Shown: positions 1 through 7,618 of the stretch, piece after piece
Position numbering within the stretch: position 1 is the stretch's first letter
How the letters are laid out: every line of letters begins with the position of its first letter
Origin: a virus
Taxonomy: Duplodnaviria; Caudoviricetes
DNA length: 29,526 nt
Direction: 5' to 3' (one strand)
Virus record (IMG/VR): IMGVR_UViG_3300048574_000064
Coordinates: 1 to 29,526 of that record
Position numbers and translations under genes: made by a program
Notes under the pieces: model-generated
Told to the model about the DNA's origin: nothing
The model's database searches: none
Seen by the model: the letters and a program-made list of their open reading frames with translations, nothing else

Positions 1-4
1 CAAA

Positions 5-13
5 TGGTAGACT
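5..13 (+). promoter_or_regulatory. Extended -10 (TGGTAGACT) of the host tRNA-Leu gene
   Basis: TGn-TAGACT lies 8 nt before the tRNA 5' end, mirroring TGATAGAAT before the phage tRNA. Confidence 0.5.
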
Positions 14-21
14 CACATTTT

Positions 22-63
22 GGGGCCGTGGCGGAACTGGCAGACGCACTGGATTTAGGTTCC
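22..63 (+). pseudogene. 5' half of host tRNA-Leu(TAG), truncated in the anticodon stem by integration
   Basis: GGGGCCG-TGGCGGAACTGGCAGACGCA-CTGGA TTTAGGT TCC, then diverges. GGGGCCG pairs with CGGCCCC at 29491-29497. Confidence 0.93.
47..63 (+). repeat. attL core CACTGGATTTAGGTTCC
   Basis: Exact copy at 29441-29457; spans the 7-nt anticodon loop. Confidence 0.93.
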
Positions 64-90
64 CTCCAGCTTGCCCAATCTACCCTTTCT

Positions 91-103
91 TATCAATACT
101 TTA
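91..103 (+). promoter_or_regulatory. IHF-like site TATCAATACTTTA
   Basis: Matches WATCAANNNNTTR and lies between the att core and the arm-type repeats. Confidence 0.5.
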
Positions 104-122
104 CAACGCACCGAACTCGCCA

Positions 123-142
123 CTGTGCTAAGACTGTGCTAA
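123..142 (+). repeat. Integrase arm-type sites, 2x CTGTGCTAA
   Basis: Copies at 123-131 and 134-142; the same 9-mer recurs five times near attR. Confidence 0.8.
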
Positions 143-151
143 TGTCGGTTC

Positions 152-1246
152 ATGGGCCAACTCTTCAAGAAGCCGGGAAGCTCAAACTGGTGGGCACGCT
201 ACACAGTCCAAGGCCAGCAGGTTCGAGAGTCCACCAACACATCCAATCGCAAAGAGGCAGAGAGATTCCTGTCCCAACGCATCGTCACCAACACGGTGCC
301 TTCCAGGGCCAGCATTGGCAGTCTCCTCGACACGCTCATCCAAGACTATGAGATCAATGGCAAGGATGCCGAATGGTGTCGCACCTACGTCGAGACACAC
401 CTTCGTCCTGCCTTTGGCGAAATGAAGGCTGATCGGCTGACCGAAGACCACATCCGCAAATTCGTTGGCGACAAGCTCAAGGCCGAATACAAGAACGCAA
501 CCGTCAACCGTTGCCTTGCACTCCTCCAACGGGCCTTCAAACTACGAAAAGTGCCATATCCAGGATTCCCGCTTCTGCAAGAGAACAACGTCAGGAAGGG
601 CTTTTTGACCAACCTGAACTTCTGGCAACTGTATACGAACCTGCCGAAGCACCTACAGCCGATAGTGCTCTTCGCCTTTGAAACGGGATGCCGGAAGAGC
701 GAAGTCTTGGGACTCAAATGGGACCAGCTTGATGAGATCAAAGTTGGTGACACCGTGCGCTACTGCGTCCGTCTCAATCCAGGCGAGACGAAGAACAAGC
801 AAGGTCGTGTGATTCCCTTGACCGATCTGATGAAGGAGCTGCTGGACAACATCCGCCCATTTTCCAAGTCCGAATACATCTTCACCTTTCGAGGCAAACC
901 GATACACGACATCCGCACTGGTTGGAAAAAAGCGTGTACTGATGCTGGTCCTGAATTTGAAGGTCTTCTCTTTCATGACATGCGAAGGTCCGCAATCCGT
1001 AACATGGTGCGTGGCGGGACTCCTGAAGGTGTCGCAATGGCAATCTCAGGCCACAAGACACGCTCTGTGTTCGAGCGGTACAACGTAGTCGATGAGGCGG
1101 ATCTGGCGGCGGCGATGCAACGCTACGAAGAATCCCGGAAGGCCGATCTTCAATACTTTGCCTCTGTTGCTGGTCCAGATCACATCCAACAATATGCGGC
1201 GAAGGCTTTTGAACACGAAATCGAAGTTCCCTTCCCTGAAGATTGA
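152..1246 (+). CDS. int: Tyrosine recombinase / phage integrase
   Basis: Catalytic motifs GCRKSE, ETKNK, FHDMRR, SGHKT, FERYN; N-terminal arm-binding-like segment (WWARY...VRESTNT); adjacent to att. Confidence 0.97.
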   Translation: MGQLFKKPGSSNWWARYTVQGQQVRESTNTSNRKEAERFLSQRIVTNTVPSRASIGSLLDTLIQDYEINGKDAEWCRTYVETHLRPAFGEMKADRLTEDHIRKFVGDKLKAEYKNATVNRCLALLQRAFKLRKVPYPGFPLLQENNVRKGFLTNLNFWQLYTNLPKHLQPIVLFAFETGCRKSEVLGLKWDQLDEIKVGDTVRYCVRLNPGETKNKQGRVIPLTDLMKELLDNIRPFSKSEYIFTFRGKPIHDIRTGWKKACTDAGPEFEGLLFHDMRRSAIRNMVRGGTPEGVAMAISGHKTRSVFERYNVVDEADLAAAMQRYEESRKADLQYFASVAGPDHIQQYAAKAFEHEIEVPFPED

Positions 1247-1331
1247 TAACCCCACAATTGAAGGGCGCAAACGCATTTGTGAAGGTGCCCAAGTGAACAC
1301 AAGTGCCAGATGTGAGTGATATGCTTATCTC

Positions 1332-1718
1332 ATGTCTGACTTAGCAACGATCCTCAAGCAACTCGAAGCCGCATCGAAAGAGGTTGCGGACCTCACCACC
1401 AAACTGGAAGCCGCAAAAGCGAAGGGCCGGGAACTTGCCGAACAGTATGCCGAATATCACGCCTCTCTCATGCGTCAGTTCGGCGTCGAAGAAGCTGAGG
1501 CACCAAAGAAGGGGAAGAAGGCGGCTGGTGGTGCTGTCCGATGGTCAACAACGATCACCCGGTACATCAACTCCGCAGATGCCAAACTGACCAAGGCGCA
1601 AGCTCTGGAAGGCGTGCGAATTGGTCTGGAAAAGCTGGCGAAGAAGAAGGGCGTGAGCGTGCCAGCCGAAGTGTTGGCCGAAGCTGAAAAGAAGATTGGC
1701 GAAGCGTTCAAGAAGTGA
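1332..1718 (+). CDS. Small Lys/Ala-rich protein: N-terminal coiled coil, basic linker, helical C-terminal domain; possible nucleoid-associated or silencer-like protein
   Basis: Coding-like 128-aa ORF with extended -10 TGATATGCT 6 nt before the ATG; function inferred from architecture only. Confidence 0.6.
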   Translation: MSDLATILKQLEAASKEVADLTTKLEAAKAKGRELAEQYAEYHASLMRQFGVEEAEAPKKGKKAAGGAVRWSTTITRYINSADAKLTKAQALEGVRIGLEKLAKKKGVSVPAEVLAEAEKKIGEAFKK

Positions 1719-1728
1719 TTCCAAATTG

Positions 1729-1762
1729 GAAGACCCTGCTGGTTGCTGCTGGTGGGGTCTTC
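1729..1762 (+). terminator. RNA hairpin after the 128-aa gene (possible terminator or stabiliser)
   Basis: 15-bp stem, GAAGACCC/GGGTCTTC extended by G-U pairs on the + strand; no U tract. Confidence 0.45.
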
Positions 1763-1774
1763 AACGGGTGCTCT

Positions 1775-2650
1775 ATGTTCACAGCCAGAATTCTCTTTCT
1801 CCTGACACTCCTGATTGGCAGTGCCTATTCACAGACCAAGCAGAAGCAAGGCGATCAACCTCCTGTTCAAAATCCAGTGTCGGTGCCCGTTCAGTCTGTA
1901 GTTCCTCCAGTTGTGACAGTGAAACTGGAGCCACCGTCCACAAATGCAAAATGGTACGACGAGTTGCCTCCGGGAATTCTGCAAGGCGTAGTTGGCGGTT
2001 TGATTGCAATCTTTGGTGTGTGGCTGACAAACCGGAAGCATCAGTCTGAAGCCGAGAAGAGCAGAGCGCATTCTCAAGATGAGGCAGAGAAGAACAGAGC
2101 GCACTCCGCATCTGAGGCTGAAAAGAACAGAGCAAACGAACTGCTCAAACTTGAGAGAGAGCGCAAAGAGGCAGTCAGACGGAAGGCGCTGGAGGATGTG
2201 GTCGATCAAGCATATGCCATCTTGGAAGAAATGGTGGGCGTAATAGTGGATGCGAACACACCATCTGAATCAGATAGCAATGAGGAAGAACATTCTTCGG
2301 CAGAAAGCGATACTGGAGCCGTTGACAACACTGCGGTTGACGAAGAGGGTGACAGGATGCCCGAGCCAAGCCCTGCCAGAAAAGGGGCAATATTGCAGAG
2401 GATTCCAGTCTTTCTCTCAAGTATGAACAAAGCCAGTTTATATATCTCTGGCCCTATGAACGAACAGATGAAAGAGACCGTATATAGTTGTCGCTCTATT
2501 GCGCTGGAGTTTATTTCGGCGGATGGAGACGATCATTTGGGTCGCTACGGTGGAAAACTGCGTGAGTTCGTTGTATTGTGTAGAGCGTATCTGGGATACG
2601 ATGACATTTCGATGAAAGCTGCTCCGAACGGTATGGACGACAGTAACTAA
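1775..2650 (+). CDS. Membrane-anchored hypothetical protein (signal peptide, Pro-rich segment, one TM helix, 3x 11-aa repeat, acidic region)
   Basis: Start moved to ATG 1775 (MFTARILFLLTLLIGSAYSQ); TM GILQGVVGGLIAIFGVWL. Confidence 0.7.
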   Translation: MFTARILFLLTLLIGSAYSQTKQKQGDQPPVQNPVSVPVQSVVPPVVTVKLEPPSTNAKWYDELPPGILQGVVGGLIAIFGVWLTNRKHQSEAEKSRAHSQDEAEKNRAHSASEAEKNRANELLKLERERKEAVRRKALEDVVDQAYAILEEMVGVIVDANTPSESDSNEEEHSSAESDTGAVDNTAVDEEGDRMPEPSPARKGAILQRIPVFLSSMNKASLYISGPMNEQMKETVYSCRSIALEFISADGDDHLGRYGGKLREFVVLCRAYLGYDDISMKAAPNGMDDSN

Positions 2651-2820
2651 CTCCTAACTTTGGCGAGAGGGACCAGTCAAGGCAAAGTACGATGGTTTCT
2701 GAGGCTGGCAACATCGGAAGACCCTTCTTGTTGCGGCTGGTGGGGTAACACAAAGAGAGGAGTTGTGATGCGATTCTATCTATTGGCTCTGTGCGGAACC
2801 TATTAAGGATGCCTGAAAAC

Positions 2821-3276
2821 ATGCGAACTCGAATTCTTGCAGCAATTCTCATTTTCACCACGATACCGACCCCGCTTCGATCAGATGAGATGTATAACTT
2901 CGCACAATGGTGGTCGAATCTGTCGGTACAGGCCAAGCACTCCTACATCGACGGAGTCAAAGACGCCGTGCCGAGAACGTACTTGTCAGCTCTTAACGAA
3001 TGGATTCCAAAAGATGAACAATACAAGACTTCAGAATCTGAGCGGGTATCCATTGTTCGGCGTGCTGTATTTCTGATGCGATTCACCTCGGCCTCAATCG
3101 TTCTGGTGATGACCGATCTTTACAAAGACCCATCCAACATGTTCATTGATACGATAGACATGGTTTATGTCGCTCGTGACAAGCTCAACGGCGAAAATAT
3201 AGAAGGTAGGCTTACAGACGCAAGGAAAGCTGCGGTGAAGAATCATGAACTGAATGAGAAGATGAAGCGCAACTAA
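2821..3276 (+). CDS. Secreted/periplasmic hypothetical protein
   Basis: Signal-peptide-like MRTRILAAILIFTTIPTPLRS followed by a helical domain; start uncertain. Confidence 0.65.
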   Translation: MRTRILAAILIFTTIPTPLRSDEMYNFAQWWSNLSVQAKHSYIDGVKDAVPRTYLSALNEWIPKDEQYKTSESERVSIVRRAVFLMRFTSASIVLVMTDLYKDPSNMFIDTIDMVYVARDKLNGENIEGRLTDARKAAVKNHELNEKMKRN

Positions 3277-3317
3277 TAACTTTAGCAATAAAAACCATAC
3301 ACTTATGATGTTGGTCG

Positions 3318-3839
3318 TCACTCTTCTTCGGAAGGCGCTTGTCTTGCCGTGATCGCCGTAGAGAACAGCGCCGCAAGTTCAGTTGCTCTACTACGATTCC
3401 TGACAACTTGACTCAGTATCTTCTCATTGATCTTCCGCTTTATCTCAATCTGCTTATCGCTAAGACGACGCTTGCCCAATATGTCAAGGTAGAATTCATG
3501 CTCCCACTGGCTAATCCAGCGACGCTCAAAGCCCCAATTAACCATGCTTTCGTTTAGTGACTTGTCAATATGTTTGCGAACTCTCTTTATAGCTTCAAAT
3601 AGCTTGCCAGATGGGAGTCCAAGAAACTTCTTCACGCAACAGTTGCCAACCTGAGCGGCATTCCCATTGCGAATATTTGTAATTTCACAAATTTCCCGTA
3701 TCGGGTAGTGTCCGCAAAGGCAAGTATCCGGCTCTTCCTCGTCCCATATCTGCCTCAATTCCCATTCTAACTTGGCTTCGCTCCACGTCTTCGCTTCTGA
3801 TCTCGCCATGATCTCTTCAGTTAGCTTGTACTCACTCAT
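3318..3839 (-). CDS. Cys/His-motif, putative Zn-binding hypothetical protein
   Basis: CLCGH...C...GNCC motif; AGGAG/AGGT upstream of the ATG. Confidence 0.75.
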   Translation of the reverse strand: MSEYKLTEEIMARSEAKTWSEAKLEWELRQIWDEEEPDTCLCGHYPIREICEITNIRNGNAAQVGNCCVKKFLGLPSGKLFEAIKRVRKHIDKSLNESMVNWGFERRWISQWEHEFYLDILGKRRLSDKQIEIKRKINEKILSQVVRNRSRATELAALFSTAITARQAPSEEE

Positions 3840-3987
3840 CTACCTGTCACTCCTGATTCAAGAGGCGATCCAATAAAGCCACTATACTTTACCACCAGCC
3901 TGTAGGATACGCCCGACTTGGGAATCTCATTTCCATCTCGGTTCAGCCATCCGGGTTGGTCCCTCAATGACGAATTAGCCGACGCTA

Positions 3988-4446
3988 TCAGGCACTCCCA
4001 TCGTACTGCTTGATCCATCGCCCTTCCTTGGCGGCGTCCACCAGATCACTGACGGTGACGGGCACGACTCCGCTTGGCTCCTGGTCAATGAAGAACCGAG
4101 TGTAGATCCAACCGAAGCCACCAACCAGAAGGATCATCCATATCCAATCCGCAATCGGCTTGAACGCCTCGTGGAGAAGAGAACCCAAGATAACAGCCGC
4201 TCCGATCACAACCATGCATCCCAATGGCGGCGCACTGCCCTCTGGTCCAAAATGCAGGTGCCAATGATCGCCTAACCTCACAAGGTCAACGTCGAACTCC
4301 TTGCTGAACTTTTCAAAGAACTCCACCGCATCGTCACCCTCCATGCCGAGATCGTGGGAGAGGCGAGACGACAAGTGAATTCGATCCGGCTTCATACCTC
4401 GTTCTTTGGCGGTGAACGCAATGATCCTCTGTTCCAGTTCAGGCAT
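3988..4446 (-). CDS. Acyl-carrier-like (DUF1493-like) protein with two inserted TM helices
   Basis: SRLSHDLGMEGDDAVEFFEKFSKEFDVDL...HFGPEG...VTVSDLVDAAKEGRW; hydrophobic insert between the halves. Confidence 0.7.
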   Translation of the reverse strand: MPELEQRIIAFTAKERGMKPDRIHLSSRLSHDLGMEGDDAVEFFEKFSKEFDVDLVRLGDHWHLHFGPEGSAPPLGCMVVIGAAVILGSLLHEAFKPIADWIWMILLVGGFGWIYTRFFIDQEPSGVVPVTVSDLVDAAKEGRWIKQYDGSA

Positions 4447-4950
4447 AGCTTAGTAAATTCCCATTATGGGCAACTGACGCCCTGGGTGGAAGGCTTCGTA
4501 GTGCGGCCTTACTGCAACATCAAAGCCGATATCGCATACGTCGCACCAATTCCATGTCGCTGGTCATTCCAAATTAGAATTGTCTGCTCATCCGAACTCG
4601 GCTCCCGGCTCCCGCAAAACTGTGTCGAGTTGACAGCCTGAGTTTCGGTGCGACAATGAATCATACGTCGAATACGCAAATGAATTTCGCTTATGGCTTG
4701 GTCGATTCTATAAATTCGCTTTATGGAGTCACTTTTCTTTCGGTTTTGGGCATTCTGAGCATTTGGCGTGTATACATATTGATTGCAATGCCCGTTCATT
4801 GGCTTTGTTAGTGAAACATGTGCATCTGATTCCGGCTCTGTGAAGGTCTCACTCAGCCATAGATAGTGAGTCAGACACAATTAGTGGCTGTCGGATGCCA
4901 CTCGAACCAAAGACGACGAAAACGAAGTCCAAGAGGGCGCATATTGAGCC

Positions 4951-5277
4951 GCTTGGCAGGGTGGTGGAGAAATCCACCCGGCATGTACTCCACTCAGACG
5001 AAAGGTGGGTAACGATGTCGAAAGCTGCGAATAGCAGTACCTACAGCCACACAGCAACCAACGGAACGCTGTGGCCTAACAGGTTGATGTCGAATCAACC
5101 AACCTGAGTAACCTGGAGAGGAAGAAAGGGCGCTGAAGAGCGGGATTGGCCGTCGGGTGGGTTACCAGCAACGAGTCTATGCTCCGGGCGCTAAGATCAA
5201 GACCCGGCGATTCCCATGTCAGAAACATGTGAACGAATGGTAGCAGTACTCGCTACCATTCAAAAACCCTGTCAGGT
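4951..5277 (+). ncRNA. Candidate ~330-nt multi-branched structured RNA, family unknown
   Basis: 12-bp closing helix (4951-4962 with 5266-5277) enclosing at least 8 hairpins, including GGTGGA-GAAA-TCCACC and a perfect 10-bp stem (5235-5261); G-U pairs favour the + strand. Confidence 0.55.
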
Positions 5278-5409
5278 ATTTGTAATAAACGATTATAGAA
5301 TCCGTTAGGCGTGCGAGTCTTCGAGCACGCTAATTGGAGACTGGTTGGGATATAGCCTTCGGCCCTTCGGGTTCTTGTTTGGTTCAGCCTGTACACTAAT
5401 CCATACCAA

Positions 5410-5479
5410 CTATGGTTCCGCATGGTCCAACTTCGAGAACGCTATAGAACCGGAAATTCAAAATTGGAACTCGTCTCCT
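5410..5479 (+). repeat. 70-bp exact direct repeat, copy 1
   Basis: Identical to 6539-6608. Confidence 0.95.
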
Positions 5480-5910
5480 ATTCGTTTTGGGATGCCTTCC
5501 ACAGTTCTAACGTTTGCCTCTGCACGATGATTAAAATCACTTCATCTGGTGACCTTTCAAATTGGAATTCGGCGCTCCGGTCAAAATCCAACTTGTTCAT
5601 TTTGCTCGATCTTGCAGCCCCGAAGATTTCAAAAGAAATAGCCGACCCGGATTTGGATCGAATTGGCTCCTGAGACAGTCGATAGATACATCTATCTACC
5701 TGATTCTAAATGAGTTGACTCTTGACCGAGTGAAGCGACCGTAGTACGCTTGAGATGTCGGATCAAGGCACCAAGTTCGTGGCGAAGATCCAACGGCAGA
5801 CAATCTCCGACAATTGATCGTTTCATACGACAACGCCGGGAAACACCCCGCCAGCGTTGCGGCTCGAAGTGTGTCTGAACGAGTGAGAAACAGGCTAAGG
5901 AAGGAACTGA

Positions 5911-6381
5911 ATGAGAGAACTATTAAGCAACATGAACGGAGCAAGAAAGCGCTTCTCAGCAACATTTGTCCGAGAAGGCAAGAAACGAGCGTACCGAGGT
6001 TATGGGTCAAACATGGACGGAACGGATACAACGCTCTTGTTCAAGGATGTACGAGAGTATGAATCAGGGCGTATTGTTGCGGACCACCTGTGGTTTAATC
6101 TAACGGTCGCATTCGATCAGCTAAACGACGGAATGGGCCTATTCGACGGTGAGATCGTCAGCTTCGACGCCAGAGTTGACAGCTACATCAAGGGCTACCG
6201 CCGGGACGCTTTTGACTACAAACTGTCACGCCCGACCAAAGTAATTGCTCATGGCTGTCCTGACTGGGAAGATTACGACGGCCCCGATCACTCAACGACG
6301 ACAACCGAAAACGGACGGCCTGATTGTACCAAAACCACCAGTCAAGTCAAAAGACTCAAATGGTGCGGCCGACCTCATTGA
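5911..6381 (+). CDS. Phage-type hypothetical protein (beta-rich, possibly OB-fold-like)
   Basis: SD AAGGAAGGA; motifs TLLFKDV, DHLWF, FDARVDSYIKGY, DYKLSRPTKV. Confidence 0.75.
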   Translation: MRELLSNMNGARKRFSATFVREGKKRAYRGYGSNMDGTDTTLLFKDVREYESGRIVADHLWFNLTVAFDQLNDGMGLFDGEIVSFDARVDSYIKGYRRDAFDYKLSRPTKVIAHGCPDWEDYDGPDHSTTTTENGRPDCTKTTSQVKRLKWCGRPH

Positions 6382-6538
6382 TGAAGATATTTGGTATCAC
6401 AACGGCTTTGTCTGGTCCTATGTAAACGACCAAGGCCAGAGAGTCTACAACGATCACCGCAGACCTTCCAGTGCTTAATATCAGAAATGCCGTTTCTTGG
6501 ACCTGGAAGGCACCTACAAACGATCCATCACGGTTCAC

Positions 6539-6608
6539 CTATGGTTCCGCATGGTCCAACTTCGAGAACGCTATAGAACCGGAAATTCAAAATTGGAACT
6601 CGTCTCCT
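6539..6608 (+). repeat. 70-bp exact direct repeat, copy 2
   Basis: Identical to 5410-5479. Confidence 0.95.
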
Positions 6609-6745
6609 GTTAGTTTTGTAGCGTCAGTGGTTGGCGTGGCCGGAACCGTCGAGTTGACACCCGCTTGGGTTAGCATTCCCAACACGCACCTCCGAGTTCC
6701 AATCGTCCTTCATTGCTTCAGTTGTCGCATGATATACTCCTGCTC

Positions 6746-7531
6746 ATGCCTTGGGCCTTCGACTACTGGAACTTTGAAGTTTATACCAAAACTCGCTTTC
6801 GCTATCGATATAACGAAACGTTCAATAAATTCATCGAAGAGGTCGCTGAGAGTGCGGCATCCCGGACGGTGCGATGGGAAAAAGGCACTTCGCTTTGGAG
6901 AGCGCAACGTGGTTGCCGGGTCTGTGTCGATGGACCTTACGGGAAAGAACTTTGGAAGGATGATATCGACGGCTGCGGACATCCGTATAAGTGCAAGCCT
7001 TTTAAGGCAGAGCGAATGAAGCCTCAACCGGACAAGGCCAAGGAAGGACGAGTTAATCCCAAAGGTATTCCCTGCCTGTACCTCGCAACTCACGAAGACA
7101 CCGCAATGAGTGAAATTCGCCCCTGGCATGAGGCGAGGATTTCGCTTGCGAGGTTGGAGTTAACAAAAGACGTTGTTCTCGTGGACTTTTCACAAGATTG
7201 GCCGGGAGAAGATGCGGGTGATGAAGCATTGAGGTGGAGTGTGATCGGTGAGGCATTTTCTTGTCCAGTTAGTTCATCTGACGATGTTTCCGACTATGCC
7301 CCAACTCAAATTCTTGCGGAAGCATTCCGTCAGAAGTCCTACGACGGCATCATCTACAATAGTGGACTTAACAGGGACGGCAAGAATGTTGCGCTGTTTG
7401 ATCTTTCACATGCCGATGTAAAAGAGTGCTTCCTATACAGGCTCACCGACATCTCCTATTACTTTTATAAGCACAACATTGACGACGAGGCCGAGGAAGC
7501 ATCTACGCTCGAAGGCGAACAACCTGAATAG
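6746..7531 (+). CDS. RES-domain protein (NAD+-consuming toxin family)
   Basis: GRVNPKGIPCLYLA, TAMSEIRP, YAPTQILAE, DGIIYNS, NVALF; extended -10 TGATATACT 7 nt before ATG 6746. Confidence 0.9.
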   Translation: MPWAFDYWNFEVYTKTRFRYRYNETFNKFIEEVAESAASRTVRWEKGTSLWRAQRGCRVCVDGPYGKELWKDDIDGCGHPYKCKPFKAERMKPQPDKAKEGRVNPKGIPCLYLATHEDTAMSEIRPWHEARISLARLELTKDVVLVDFSQDWPGEDAGDEALRWSVIGEAFSCPVSSSDDVSDYAPTQILAEAFRQKSYDGIIYNSGLNRDGKNVALFDLSHADVKECFLYRLTDISYYFYKHNIDDEAEEASTLEGEQPE

Positions 7532-7618
7532 AATCGGCAATTAGCTACCCGTCGATTTTGTTCAACCACAGAATTGCCAACTCCAAATCGCTTCTGTCGT
7601 CGCTGAATAAATGTCGAT

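Noticed and set aside
4859-4865. ATAGATA here, ATAGATA at 5682 and ATACATA at 4772 as extra late promoters
   Set aside because: One-mismatch variants with no start codon at +5/6; cannot be told from chance without TSS data
4895-5107. 70-aa ORF, and other short ORFs in 4354-5744
   Set aside because: No SD or promoter geometry, no protein-like motifs, and they overlap dense RNA structure or repeats
5019-5142. Hammerhead ribozyme (CGAAA and CTGAAGAG present)
   Set aside because: I could not build stems I-III around the core; CTGAAGAG fits a local CGCT-GAAG-AGCG hairpin instead
6245-6478. Possible frameshifted C-terminal extension of the 156-aa gene
   Set aside because: Reads somewhat protein-like, but there is no slippery site or homology evidence available
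5410-6608. 70-bp repeat pair as DGR template/variable repeats or IS ends
   Set aside because: Copies are identical with no adenine-specific mismatches; no reverse transcriptase or transposase; direct rather than inverted
6471-7019. 182-aa ORF sharing peptide YGSAWSNFENAIEPEIQNWNSSP with ORF 5345-5530
   Set aside because: The shared peptide is just the 70-bp DNA repeat; the ORF overlaps the RES gene out of frame
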